From: Eubacteriales bacterium
GTDB taxonomy: Bacteria; Bacillota; Clostridia; Oscillospirales; CAG-272
Assembly (NCBI GenBank): GCA_045540175.1
Contig: JAZQGU010000070.1
Coordinates: forward strand, 41,412-105,411
Length of the DNA: 64,000 nucleotides
Reading direction: 5' to 3'
Positions 54,760-64,000 of the stretch are shown one piece after another. The position numbers were made by a program, and so were the translations under genes. Within the stretch, counting starts at the first letter, position 1; every line of letters starts with the position of its first letter. The notes under the pieces were generated by a model. It was not told where the DNA came from and made no database searches. It saw only the letters and a list, made by a program, of their open reading frames with translations.

Positions 54760-57390
54760 ATGCCGCAATCAAAAAACAACACCAAAACCGCAAAAAAATA
54801 TGAGAAGCCGAAAAGGCCCAACGCTGACGCACTCGATCACGTTGACCGCCCGATACACCAGATCCTACCGTACATTATCGGCGCGCTGTCGGTATTTTTA
54901 CTGTTCTGCTTTGTAGCAGTTAAGCAGACGGGATTTGTAGGCATCGCTCTTCGCTGGTTATTTTACGGACTTTTCGGAGGAGCTTCGCTCGTTCTTCCCT
55001 TCCTCGGCTTCGTGCTTGCGCTCTTTTGGAGGAAAAAGCTTCGCAAGGGTGTATCTACACTTGTAATGTTCGCTATCTGGCAGTCCGTATTCTTCGTATT
55101 CCTTGCTTCTCTTATCCACATCTGGAGCAAGGGAAGCATAACCTTTAACCCTATCACGCTTTTCGATCAGGGACTTGATCTCCGCGGATGCGGTGCTCTC
55201 GGCGGACTCCTCGGAGTTTGCATATACAAGCTCACGGGAAGCGTCGGAGTACATATTATCGGTCTGTCCGCGATACTCATTTTCGGGCTTCTTATCTTTG
55301 GGCTTACTCCATATTCGATATTCCTTTACGTTTTGTACAATATCCGCGAGGGCAAGGAAAAGAAGGCCAGAAGAATCAAACAGAAGGAGGACGAGGAAAA
55401 GGTCACCACCTTCCGTCCCAAGGACAAGCCAAAGGTCGTTATCGAGCCGGAAGAGGAAAACTATGCAGTAGTTAAGCCCGATCCGTACGACAGACATCAT
55501 TTTGAGCCCGACGTTTCTCTTGACGGTGCGGGTAAAAAAGCAGAATCCAAGCGTCTGCCGGAAAATGAAAATGAATCCACCCCAGTACGCGAGGATCTCT
55601 TTACCCCCGACGAGGAAGAGGACGAGCCGCCCTTTGACGCGGCTGTAAAAACCGAGACTGTAACCGCTCTTAACACTCCAAAGGTCGTTAAAAAATCGGT
55701 GCCCGATTTTGAAGGAGACGGAGAAAAGGCAGATCTTCAGGCAATATTCGGAGATAGCGGAAATCTTGACGTTATAAACCGTTTCGCCGACGAGCACGAA
55801 AGAAAGAACCTCGAAAAATCTCTTCAGAATTCAGATGCTTCTCTTGAAATAACGAGAACTCCCGTTGAAGAAGTTCCGGAGGAGAAAAAGGAATACCAAT
55901 TCCCGCCGATCTCACTTCTTTCCGTTGACAAAGCTCCTAAAAATGAGAATATCCGCGATGAGCTTCAGACGAACGCTGCAAGACTCGTTGACACTCTCCG
56001 CAGCTTTAAGGTAAGAACCAGAATAGTAAACATATCCCGCGGTCCCGCAATTACACGTTACGAGCTTGCGCCCGAGGAGGGTGTACGAGTCCGTCAGATC
56101 GCAAACCTCGTTGACGATATCGCCCTTAATCTTGCCACAACAGGCGTGCGTGTCGAAGCGCCGATCCCCGGTAAGGCAGCCGTCGGTATTGAGGTACCGA
56201 ACAAGACCGTTTCGACGGTTTATCTGCGCGAGCTTATCGACACCGAAACATTCCGAAAAGCGACGAGCAAAATAAACGTCTGCCTCGGAATTGACGTAGC
56301 GGGCGAGCCTGTATTCCTTGATATAGCAAAAATGCCTCACCTGCTTATCGCGGGTGCTACCGGTATGGGTAAGTCGGTATGTATCAACAGTATCATCACT
56401 TCCCTGCTCTATAAAGGTACTCCCGATGAGATCAAGCTCATTCTTATAGACCCGAAGAAGGTCGAGCTTAATATCTACAATGGTCTTCCCCATCTTCTCG
56501 TCCCCGTCGTTTCCGATCCGAAAAAGGCGGCTGGAACGCTTCAGTGGGCTGTTACTGAAATGGAACGCCGCTTCGAGCTTATAGAGGAGGTCGGTGTACG
56601 TGACGTCAAGAATTACAACATTGTAACCAAGGACGATCCCGAAAAGGAATTCCTCCCCCAGATAGTAATCATCATAGACGAGCTTGCTGACCTTATGATG
56701 ACCGCACCCGATGACGTTGAAGCGTCGATCTGCCGTCTTGCACAGAAGGCAAGAGCGGCGGGCATGCACATCATAATCGGTACACAGCGTCCCTCTGTTG
56801 ACGTCATCACGGGTCTTATCAAGGCAAACGTCCCCTCTCGTATCGCTTGTACCGTTGCTTCTCAGACCGACTCACGAGTCATTCTTGATATGGCAGGTGC
56901 CGAAAAGCTTATCGGACGAGGAGATATGCTGTATGCTCCTGTCGGCGCGGCAAAACCGAGACGAGTTCAGGGTGCATTCGTAAGCGAGAGCGAGGTCGAA
57001 AGCGTCGTTACCTTCATTAAGAGCGAAAACGGTGACGTTTCCGAATATAATTCCGACATAATCGCAAGTATTGACCGTGCCGCAGCTTCCTGCGGAAGCG
57101 GTAAGAAAGGCGGATCATCGGGAATCGGAGTTCCTGACGAGAATGCAGGCGAGGGCGGAGATCCGATGCTCCGCGCCGCTATCGAGCTTGCACTTGAGAG
57201 CGACAAAATCTCTACCTCTCTCATTCAAAGACGCCTTTCTCTCGGTTACGGAAGAGCCGCTAAGCTGATCGACGAGATGGAAAAACGCGGCTATGTTTCT
57301 CCCCCCGAGGGACAAAAGCCACGCCGTATACTGATTACACGTGAGCAGTATATGGAAATGGTAATAAATCGAAGTGAGGAGCTTCAGTAA
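54760..57390 (+). CDS. ftsK: DNA translocase FtsK/SpoIIIE
   Basis: N-terminal TM helices and a Pro/Glu-rich linker are followed by the motor (HLLIAGATGMGKSVCIN, IVIIIDELADLMM) and a C-terminal gamma winged helix (ISTSLIQRRLSLGYGRAAKLIDEME). Confidence 0.95.
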   Translation: MPQSKNNTKTAKKYEKPKRPNADALDHVDRPIHQILPYIIGALSVFLLFCFVAVKQTGFVGIALRWLFYGLFGGASLVLPFLGFVLALFWRKKLRKGVSTLVMFAIWQSVFFVFLASLIHIWSKGSITFNPITLFDQGLDLRGCGALGGLLGVCIYKLTGSVGVHIIGLSAILIFGLLIFGLTPYSIFLYVLYNIREGKEKKARRIKQKEDEEKVTTFRPKDKPKVVIEPEEENYAVVKPDPYDRHHFEPDVSLDGAGKKAESKRLPENENESTPVREDLFTPDEEEDEPPFDAAVKTETVTALNTPKVVKKSVPDFEGDGEKADLQAIFGDSGNLDVINRFADEHERKNLEKSLQNSDASLEITRTPVEEVPEEKKEYQFPPISLLSVDKAPKNENIRDELQTNAARLVDTLRSFKVRTRIVNISRGPAITRYELAPEEGVRVRQIANLVDDIALNLATTGVRVEAPIPGKAAVGIEVPNKTVSTVYLRELIDTETFRKATSKINVCLGIDVAGEPVFLDIAKMPHLLIAGATGMGKSVCINSIITSLLYKGTPDEIKLILIDPKKVELNIYNGLPHLLVPVVSDPKKAAGTLQWAVTEMERRFELIEEVGVRDVKNYNIVTKDDPEKEFLPQIVIIIDELADLMMTAPDDVEASICRLAQKARAAGMHIIIGTQRPSVDVITGLIKANVPSRIACTVASQTDSRVILDMAGAEKLIGRGDMLYAPVGAAKPRRVQGAFVSESEVESVVTFIKSENGDVSEYNSDIIASIDRAAASCGSGKKGGSSGIGVPDENAGEGGDPMLRAAIELALESDKISTSLIQRRLSLGYGRAAKLIDEMEKRGYVSPPEGQKPRRILITREQYMEMVINRSEELQ

Positions 57391-57391
57391 T

Positions 57392-57883
57392 ATGCCGTTG
57401 CGCACCGATCTTGAAAGAGTCGCACCCGATCGTTGGAAAAATGAGCGGGTCAAAATTAAACCGCTTGAAACCGAAGCAGATCTGATATACGCCGCGCACG
57501 AATGCGAGTTGACCGATGAACAAAGGGAGCTTGTAAGCCCCGTTTGGTTTTCTGTCGGCAGAGCGTATTTGTTCCGTGACGATTTTTACCCGTGTATAAT
57601 ATACAATGAAAGTAATGATCGCATCGGTTATATATGCTTCGGCAAGTGGTTCGGCAGTGATGCTTACACGTGGGGCTACTTTATTGACAAGAATTTTCAA
57701 AGAAAGGGCTACGGTAAAGCGTCGGCTCGTTTGGCTATTCAAATATTAAAGGAAGCCAATCCCGAAATGACGATAAAGCTTGCGACGGAAGAAAGCAACA
57801 TAAAGGCGCATAGCCTGTATACCTTGCTTGGCTTTAAGAGATTAGACGAAAAGGACGGAGACGATATCGTCTTTGGCTTATAA
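57392..57883 (+). CDS. GNAT family N-acetyltransferase
   Basis: The acetyl-CoA loop is FQRKGYGKASARLAI. ~163 aa. Confidence 0.75.
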   Translation: MPLRTDLERVAPDRWKNERVKIKPLETEADLIYAAHECELTDEQRELVSPVWFSVGRAYLFRDDFYPCIIYNESNDRIGYICFGKWFGSDAYTWGYFIDKNFQRKGYGKASARLAIQILKEANPEMTIKLATEESNIKAHSLYTLLGFKRLDEKDGDDIVFGL

Positions 57884-57890
57884 AATATTA

Positions 57891-57927
57891 AATCACCCCG
57901 ACAGATCGAGCTGTCGGGGTGATTTTT
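57891..57927. terminator. Hairpin terminator between convergent genes
   Basis: AATCACCCCGACAG-atcgag-CTGTCGGGGTGATT followed by TTT. Confidence 0.85.
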
Positions 57928-57959
57928 CCTTTAAGCTTTTGAGTACGCCGTCTATAATA

Positions 57960-58310
57960 CTATTTTCCGGCATTATTTCCGTCTTGATCATAGGATCTGC
58001 GGCAAAGCGTACGCTTATTACAATAGGGACATTTGGTTACAAAATCAAAGCCATCCTCGGGGGAATACGTGGACAGAGCAATGACTCTCTTTTTAACGTA
58101 AAAATACCCGTAGCATTTACTGCATCTTGCCCAAAAATTATTAGGCATTACGCTTATCGAAATGATTGTACTGAACACTATTATGGGAAGTATAACAATA
58201 AGAACGACCCACCAAGGCACGTCGTAGGATGAACCGTTCATACGAAGCTCACACCCAGAAAGCACGGCAGAACAAATAACAAGCGTAAAAGACAGAAGTG
58301 TTTTTTTCAT
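57960..58310 (-). CDS. Small lipoprotein/membrane protein with a zinc-ribbon-like CxxC..CxxC motif
   Basis: The lipobox is VLSGC. It has a TM helix, then CSKCYGY...CPYCNKR. It ends in TAG, the only TAG stop I noticed among the called genes. It lies downstream of the MerR gene. Confidence 0.55.
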   Translation of the reverse strand: MKKTLLSFTLVICSAVLSGCELRMNGSSYDVPWWVVLIVILPIIVFSTIISISVMPNNFWARCSKCYGYFYVKKRVIALSTYSPEDGFDFVTKCPYCNKRTLCRRSYDQDGNNAGK

Positions 58311-58328
58311 TCTTATTCCTTCAATTCG

Positions 58329-59024
58329 TTATATATTTTTAAGCTCGTAATAACTTAACCAAAGTCCGTTTATTTCGTTCCCGTTAAGCACGAATTTAAT
58401 ACAGAGCCCAAGCTTTTCATAGCGTAAATAGCTATAATAAACGCATCTTATCTTACGATCGCGGCAGATATTCTCTAGTGAAATGAATTTCCCGAGAGGT
58501 GATAGTGTATCGGCAGCAATGCGCTTTAAAGAGGAGAGCGGCATATATTCTTGCATCGTTTTGCCGAACAACATGAACAGCTTTTCGTACTCACCGCTGA
58601 TAAAACAATCGGTCGCGTGAGATACGGCTTCATTTTCAATACAGTCTCTGCATTCATCTTTAAATTCATCGTTAAAAATATCGCCGCCGCGCTCAACTGT
58701 ACATAGCGCCTCCTCAAGCAAGCTCACAGTCTGTACCATTCCCATAAGCTTTGCGGAGATTTCCGCCTTGCGCTCAATTATTGCCCGAGAAAGCTCGGTA
58801 TCGCCCTTTTGTATTTCCGATATCTTAGCAACCGTTAGTCCAAGTGAACGCAGCACCAATATCTTTTTTATTAACTCTATCTGGCTGCGGGTGTATTTTC
58901 GTCTGTTTGAGAATTGCTTTGTACTGCTTACAAGCCTCTTTTCCTCATAAAAACGCAGTGTTCGTGAGGTTATACCCAACATCGCACATGCCTCGGTTAT
59001 ATCAAATAGTTTTTCGTCTTCCAT
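58329..59024 (-). CDS. MerR family transcriptional regulator
   Basis: The HTH is FDITEACAMLGITSRTLRFYEEKRLV, followed by a coiled-coil and a C-terminal effector domain. The start is at ATG 59024, 7 nt after GGAGG. Confidence 0.85.
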   Translation of the reverse strand: MEDEKLFDITEACAMLGITSRTLRFYEEKRLVSSTKQFSNRRKYTRSQIELIKKILVLRSLGLTVAKISEIQKGDTELSRAIIERKAEISAKLMGMVQTVSLLEEALCTVERGGDIFNDEFKDECRDCIENEAVSHATDCFISGEYEKLFMLFGKTMQEYMPLSSLKRIAADTLSPLGKFISLENICRDRKIRCVYYSYLRYEKLGLCIKFVLNGNEINGLWLSYYELKNI

Positions 59025-59048
59025 GCGCACACCTCCTATTGTATAATC

Positions 59049-59079
59049 ATTATATCACTTGACGCAAGGTCAATGTCAA
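59049..59079 (-). promoter_or_regulatory. MerR-type promoter with a 19-bp spacer and internal inverted repeat
   Basis: Minus strand reads TTGACA-ttgaccttgcgtcaagtga-TATAAT. The spacer is 19 nt and contains TTGAC-N5-GTCAA. Confidence 0.6.
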
Positions 59080-59160
59080 TAGCAGACGTAAAAATTTATA
59101 AGCAAAAAGCACAGTACATTTTGCACCGTGCTTTCAGTTTTATAAATACAACAATTAAAA

Positions 59161-60177
59161 TCAAACCTCGGGATAAACTATGTTTATCGGAGTTCCCTTT
59201 GCTGCGGACTCGACGGTTGCACAGCAAACGGAAACTGTGTAGGCTCCCTCAGATGAATTCACAAGAATACTCTTGTTCTCCTTAATACAAGCAACAAATG
59301 AGCCTATCTCAGCGGTAATATTATGGTTATTGACCTCGATCGGCAGTTCCTTTGGATCGGTATAATCCTCGCCCTCAAAAATCGTGAGTGTCGGAGATGT
59401 ATTGTCACATATAATGGTTCCCTCAGTTCCATAGAAGACCGATCTCATCGTGTAGTCTCTTTTGCATCCGATTGAAACGAACACCTTGCCGTTTACGTTA
59501 TTCGGGAACTTGTAAATTGCGATCGTACAGTCGTTCACGGGCCAGTCGGTCAGGCACTTATGATTTGCGTGAGCGTATACCTCAGTCGGATTACCTGCTA
59601 TCCAGCGAAGAAGGTCAACGGCATGACACCCGCCTCCAATGAAGCCTTCACGCTCAGGACAAACTCGCCAATCGTTGTATCCGCGCGCATAAGTATAATT
59701 ATGAGCATATTCACTTTCAACGAAGAAAAGCTCTCCGATCCTGCCCGATTCAATGATTTCCTTTGCCATTACGAATGCCGGAGTATATCTGCACACCTGA
59801 CCTATCATGAGACGTCTGCCTGTTTCTTTTTCAACACGTCTCATTTCAGTGCATTCCTCAACAGTAAGAGCCATAGGCTTCTCGCAAAGAACGTCCTTAC
59901 CCGCTCGGAGAAACGCAACAGTCATTTCAAGGTGACACTTATCGGGAGTTACGATAACTACCGCATCAATATCCGGATCGCTTACAAGCTCGCGGTAATC
60001 AGTAACAGCTATCGGAACGTTAAACTCCTCCTTGCACTCTTGAAGACGGCCGTCTGTCGCGTTGTCACAAATAGCATATAGTGTCACGCCCTCTATTTCG
60101 GTGACACTCCGCATATGTCTTTTTCCCATACCCATACTGCAGCCGATTACTGCAATATTCAAATTGTTTTTTACCAT
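59161..60177 (-). CDS. Gfo/Idh/MocA family oxidoreductase
   Basis: N-terminal Rossmann fold (LNIAVIGCSMGMGKRH), an EKP motif (VLCEKPMAL), 338 aa. Confidence 0.8.
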   Translation of the reverse strand: MVKNNLNIAVIGCSMGMGKRHMRSVTEIEGVTLYAICDNATDGRLQECKEEFNVPIAVTDYRELVSDPDIDAVVIVTPDKCHLEMTVAFLRAGKDVLCEKPMALTVEECTEMRRVEKETGRRLMIGQVCRYTPAFVMAKEIIESGRIGELFFVESEYAHNYTYARGYNDWRVCPEREGFIGGGCHAVDLLRWIAGNPTEVYAHANHKCLTDWPVNDCTIAIYKFPNNVNGKVFVSIGCKRDYTMRSVFYGTEGTIICDNTSPTLTIFEGEDYTDPKELPIEVNNHNITAEIGSFVACIKENKSILVNSSEGAYTVSVCCATVESAAKGTPINIVYPEV

Positions 60178-60288
60178 TGCTATTGCTCCTCTCTCTTATT
60201 TGTGATATAATCATATCATACACACAGATATTGAACAACTGTAATTTGTTTGTAGTTTTCTTCAATTTGTTTGTTGAAAGGTGTAACC

Positions 60289-61089
60289 ATGGTAGATTAT
60301 TTAAGAATCAAGAGCGACGAACCGGTCGTTCTGTACTGCGAAAAAGAAACAGATCTTCCGCCCGGAATAACCTATGGTCCTGTTGTACGAAACATCTACG
60401 TATTTGAGACCTGCATTGCGGGTGCGGGATCTGTCATCATAAACGGAAAAGAATTTCCCGTCAGACCCGGCGACTGCTATATTCTATTACCGGGCGATAC
60501 TGTTACTCATACGGCGGATAAAATCTGTCCCCGTCAAGGAATCTGGTGTGCAGTCGGCGGATTAGCAGTCGGACGATATTTAAAAAAAGCGGGAATCACA
60601 TCGGATTCACCGTTTGCTCCATCCGAGGTTTTTGATGAGCTTTACCGCTGTATGGAAATGATTCTACAGGCGTGGGAATCAAAGGATGCGGGTACAAACC
60701 TCAAATTAACCGGTCACGTCTACGATTTTTTGAGCATTCTTTACCGCAACAAAAACGTTCAGGCATCAAGGGTCGAATGGATCGATAAGGCTATCGGAAT
60801 TTTGGAATCGAGATTTAATGAGATCTCTTCAGTAAAAGAGCTTGCCTGCGCGACTGGACTTGACAGAGCATATTTTTCCACCCTATTCAAATCGGAAGTT
60901 GGTATTTCTCCGCACGAATATATCATTTCTTATAAGCTGAAAAAGTCTTGTTCTCTTCTGGAGGACACGTCGGCTTCTGTCGGAAGCATTGCGGAATCAG
61001 TAGGACTTCCGCAGGAAAATTTCGCAAGGGTATTCAAAAAGGAATTCGGTATAACTCCGCTTGAGTACAGAAAAAAGAATAAACAATAA
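60289..61089 (+). CDS. AraC family transcriptional regulator (cupin N-domain plus a double HTH)
   Basis: The C-terminus is LACATGLDRAYFSTLFKSEVGISPHEY...SIAESVGLPQENFARVFKKEFGITPLEYR. It is divergent from the oxidoreductase gene. Confidence 0.85.
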   Translation: MVDYLRIKSDEPVVLYCEKETDLPPGITYGPVVRNIYVFETCIAGAGSVIINGKEFPVRPGDCYILLPGDTVTHTADKICPRQGIWCAVGGLAVGRYLKKAGITSDSPFAPSEVFDELYRCMEMILQAWESKDAGTNLKLTGHVYDFLSILYRNKNVQASRVEWIDKAIGILESRFNEISSVKELACATGLDRAYFSTLFKSEVGISPHEYIISYKLKKSCSLLEDTSASVGSIAESVGLPQENFARVFKKEFGITPLEYRKKNKQ

Positions 61090-61091
61090 AT

Positions 61092-61130
61092 AAGAAGCAC
61101 GGCTGAAATGAGCCGTGCTTCTTATTTATT
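61092..61130. terminator. Bidirectional hairpin terminator
   Basis: AAGAAGCACGGCT-gaaatg-AGCCGTGCTTCTT. Confidence 0.85.
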
Positions 61131-61134
61131 AAAT

Positions 61135-62373
61135 TCAGTTTACGCTATTGAGTATACCAATGAATATCGGAAGTCCCGTTGCGTTATCGACTATCATATA
61201 AAGAAACGGACGGTTGAGTATAACCGATATATTGGGGGAAGATAAGAGTTTCGCTCCGACAGACGTGACCGCGCCCGCTTTTGTTCCGGAGGCATCGACC
61301 TTTATATGGGTCTTGTGCACCACGTTTCCGATATATAGGTCGCTATCCGACATTTTTGAGAAATCCGCCTCCGGACCGAAAGCATCGGTCATACCGAGGG
61401 TTTTAAGGATCTCGGAAAGCTCAGCGCTGTAATCTGCCTCAAAAGCAGGCATCGAAGTGAGTACACTGACGTTTTGGGGAGCCAAAAGAGCGGAATTAAG
61501 CTCTTTCGGGTCAAGTGTTTGAAGAAGCTCCTCGGGAGTCATTCCCTCTTTCGGAAGAAGCGCGGCGAAGGAATAGTCACCGCCGACGTAGTTCTTTTTG
61601 AAGCCGACCGCATTTTCAAGTTCAAGATACTTATTCTCTTTTCCACAGAGCATATCGACGGTCTGCTTTTCGCCGCTTGCACTCGTAAATTCGCTTTGCC
61701 TTATATCGTGTTTATCATATTTGCTCTGCCATTCGGCTTCAAAGGCGATTGTGTTTATAAGGTAAAGCATCACCGTATCGGGAATACTGTCGATAACCTT
61801 GTTTATCATTCCCTTTGTATTTTTCTTTACCCATGAATTTATATCGTTTACCGTTTCGTTATCAAACTTCGCCTTATATGCATCAGCTCCGTAATAATCG
61901 GCATTTTTCTGCAAGAACTCTTTTTTGACGGAAAGAGATTCGCTGTCGCGGAACCATATCGAATTTGCGATAGTAAGCTCGCTCTTTTTACTTGACGGAA
62001 GTCCCTTTACGTAGCTGTAAAGGTAATTGTTCAGCTCGTCTATTGTCAATTCTCCGCCAAGGACTTCTTCCATCTGTGCAAGCGTATTTCCATCCGCGCC
62101 GTTTGCTGTCATTGAAAGCGCAAGCATTAAGGAAAGAGGTGACACCATCGTGTTTATTCCCTCGTTTGTCTTTGACGCTTCGATAAGAAGCTTAAGAGCA
62201 AATCCGGTTTGCTCGGCGGCAAATTCATCGGTAAGCGCCGTTTTATTCACCTTATTCGGCTTGATGCCGTCCATAAGAGAAGCGGCTTCAAATTTCTGCG
62301 CGCATCCGTAAAGCGAAAGCGCTGGGCAAATTACGAGCCACATGGAAAGTATCAGTATAAGTGCTTTTTTCAT
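61135..62373 (-). CDS. Serpin-family serine protease inhibitor, lipoprotein
   Basis: The lipobox is LSLYGC. The serpin blocks are NTMVSPLSLMLALSMTANGADGNTL and NTIAFEAEWQ. The reactive-centre-loop hinge is GTKAGAVTSVGAKLLSSP, followed by NRPFLYMIVD. Confidence 0.85.
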   Translation of the reverse strand: MKKALILILSMWLVICPALSLYGCAQKFEAASLMDGIKPNKVNKTALTDEFAAEQTGFALKLLIEASKTNEGINTMVSPLSLMLALSMTANGADGNTLAQMEEVLGGELTIDELNNYLYSYVKGLPSSKKSELTIANSIWFRDSESLSVKKEFLQKNADYYGADAYKAKFDNETVNDINSWVKKNTKGMINKVIDSIPDTVMLYLINTIAFEAEWQSKYDKHDIRQSEFTSASGEKQTVDMLCGKENKYLELENAVGFKKNYVGGDYSFAALLPKEGMTPEELLQTLDPKELNSALLAPQNVSVLTSMPAFEADYSAELSEILKTLGMTDAFGPEADFSKMSDSDLYIGNVVHKTHIKVDASGTKAGAVTSVGAKLLSSPNISVILNRPFLYMIVDNATGLPIFIGILNSVN

Positions 62374-62405
62374 AGATTTACTCCTTTCAAATTCGGCATT
62401 AAATT

Positions 62406-62954
62406 TTATTGATTGATTGAAGCTATTTCTTTAATATCCTCTATATTCAAAATTGATTTTTCATAAGCTTCTGCGACGGTATAAAAAACATTGTCGTTCC
62501 AGACAGTATACGATCTTCCGTCGGGGTAGTTTATCGTTACGCCTCCGACGACCTCCGTGTGTGCTCCTTCGGAATACGATTCACATTTACAATTTAACAT
62601 GAGCACAATCGTTTTATTAATGATACCCCTGTAATTACAGACAATTATATCATCAACCGTCGCGTCCTTATGACTTGATTCGCTCGCGTGCTTCTCCGCA
62701 TACTGCTGCTTGATATAGGCAATAGCGGCTTTATCCCATTTGTGCGTAGGTTCATTCAAGGGGTCATATTTTGCTCCGCCCTTCTTCTGTGCTTCCCAAG
62801 CGTTATCTATGGCGTTGTATCCGACAAAGATACAAAGGCAAACCGAAAGGATCGCCGCGGCAGCTTTTATTCTGTTTATATTCGCCTTGCGCTTCGCTAT
62901 TGCGGCTTCGCTTCGCGAAAGCACCTCCGCTTTTCTTTCTTCAAAGCTTCTCAT
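62406..62954 (-). CDS. Single-pass membrane protein, possible anti-sigma factor
   Basis: Its ATG overlaps the sigma-factor stop (ATGA). It has a short cytoplasmic N-terminus, a TM helix (AAAAILSVCLCIFVGYNAI) and an extracytoplasmic domain. No recognisable ZAS motif. Confidence 0.45.
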   Translation of the reverse strand: MRSFEERKAEVLSRSEAAIAKRKANINRIKAAAAILSVCLCIFVGYNAIDNAWEAQKKGGAKYDPLNEPTHKWDKAAIAYIKQQYAEKHASESSHKDATVDDIIVCNYRGIINKTIVLMLNCKCESYSEGAHTEVVGGVTINYPDGRSYTVWNDNVFYTVAEAYEKSILNIEDIKEIASINQ

Positions 62955-63508
62955 ATATATTCCCTTCCGTTTTCACCGAGCATGGCGGCAAGCTCTTTTT
63001 TTGCCCTATACAGGAGATTATCAACGGCTTTTTTGTTCTTTTTCATTACCGATGCGACCTCGATATAGCTCATTCCCTCGAAATATGTAAGATATACTGC
63101 CGTCTTCATTTCGCTCGGAAGCTTTTCAATCGCATTATACAGCTCTCGCTTACCGTCGTTTTTAATAATAACGTCAGGCAAATCGGGCTCGTCGGTACAT
63201 AGGTCATAATGCTCCGAAATATCGCTGATCTTAACTCGCTTAACGCGTTTAAGATGGTTCAGCGCAAAGCTTCTTCCGAGCATATAGAGATATGTTTTGA
63301 GCGATACGCTGAAATTATACCTTTTCGGATGAATTATCAGATCGGCAAAAACATCTATTGCAATATCCTCGGAAACAACAGGATCGGATACGTATCGGTT
63401 TATAAAAAAGATAAGGCCGTCAAAGTATTCCCGCATTATCGGGTCAAATGCTTCCTTGTCACCATCAAGATAACGGCGGTAGCTACTTGCACCGTTGTCC
63501 ATAGGCAT
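62951..63508 (-). CDS. ECF-type sigma-70 family RNA polymerase sigma factor
   Basis: Region 2 is like ..AFDPIMREYFDGLIFFINRYV.D..VSEDIAIDVF. Region 4 is like LPSEMKTAVYLTYFEGMSYIEVASVMKKNKKAVDNLLYRAKKEL. Confidence 0.8.
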   Translation of the reverse strand: MPMDNGASSYRRYLDGDKEAFDPIMREYFDGLIFFINRYVSDPVVSEDIAIDVFADLIIHPKRYNFSVSLKTYLYMLGRSFALNHLKRVKRVKISDISEHYDLCTDEPDLPDVIIKNDGKRELYNAIEKLPSEMKTAVYLTYFEGMSYIEVASVMKKNKKAVDNLLYRAKKELAAMLGENGREYI

Positions 63509-63614
63509 CCTCCTTTGTCTTTCACTTATTATAAAACCGAAAATGTAAAAGTCCTTGCGTTTTATAGAAAAATCTCAAAAAGCATAAAAAGCACGGTCAA
63601 GCCGTGCTTTTTAC

Positions 63615-64000
63615 TTACTTCAATTCAACAACGGTAACTCCGCCGTCGCCCTCGCCGTAAATGCCTGCGCGGAAGCTTTTTACGCGCGGATCGTTTTTAA
63701 GGTGTCTTTTAAGTGCATCACGAAGTGCACCTGTGCCTTTACCGTGAATAAGCGTAACGCTCTTTATATTCGCCATAATTGCCTCGTCGAGGTACTTATC
63801 GGTCATAAACCACGCGTCGTCGCCGTACTGACCGCGAAGGTCAAGAGACGACGTGAAGGTCTTATTGAGCGTCGCCTGGTACTTAGATGCGGCTATACGC
63901 TTTTTGTCGGCGGTCGTGACCTGGACTGCTTCCTCCAGAAGTCGGAGATTCTTTATATTGCTTCTGATGTTCATAAAGCCCGCTTGAACTGTCACGTTGC
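63615..64000 (-). CDS. mutS2: Endonuclease MutS2, C-terminal Smr domain (the 5' part is beyond the window end)
   Basis: LDLRGQYGDDAWFMTDKYLDEAIMANIKSVTLIHGKGTGALRDALKRHLKNDPRVKSFR is a typical Smr domain. The ORF continues past position 64000. Confidence 0.85.
   Translation of the reverse strand, partial: NVTVQAGFMNIRSNIKNLRLLEEAVQVTTADKKRIAASKYQATLNKTFTSSLDLRGQYGDDAWFMTDKYLDEAIMANIKSVTLIHGKGTGALRDALKRHLKNDPRVKSFRAGIYGEGDGGVTVVELK

Overview
This window reads as chromosomal, mostly housekeeping DNA from a moderate-GC Firmicute. Protein sequences suggest Clostridia, perhaps Oscillospiraceae/Ruminococcaceae, but that is inference only. I call about 60 protein genes. They include fusA-like, tsf, rpsB, aspS, trpS, typA, ispDF, rpe, glcK, guaB, glpK, hpf, uppP, ftsK and the end of mutS2. 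I found no rRNA, tRNA, CRISPR array, transposase or integrase. Many genes have near-consensus sigma-A promoters (TTGACA-17-TATAAT) and clear hairpin terminators.

Six items deserve a second look:
1. A stand-alone TerB-N/TerB-C protein coupled to a DUF2791 (BrxC/BrxD-like) ATPase (50.3-53.5 kb).
2. Two translationally coupled MutS paralogs that carry only the ATPase core (35.7-38.7 kb).
3. Mosaics of modular GC-rich hairpin repeats at two convergent gene junctions (43.2-43.65 kb and 29.98-30.10 kb).
4. An acyl-CoA synthetase interrupted by a single in-frame TAG (10806-10808).
5. A MinD homolog next to a methylglyoxal-synthase-like protein that has lost catalytic residues.
6. An ECF sigma / membrane protein / serpin lipoprotein operon.

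Regulatory calls include a preQ1-I riboswitch before queT, a Fur/Zur-type box before znuCB, and operator-like palindromes at the TetR, Crp/Fnr and MerR promoters.

Everything was read by eye. Small-motif coordinates may be off by 1-2 nt, and no database search or statistic was run.
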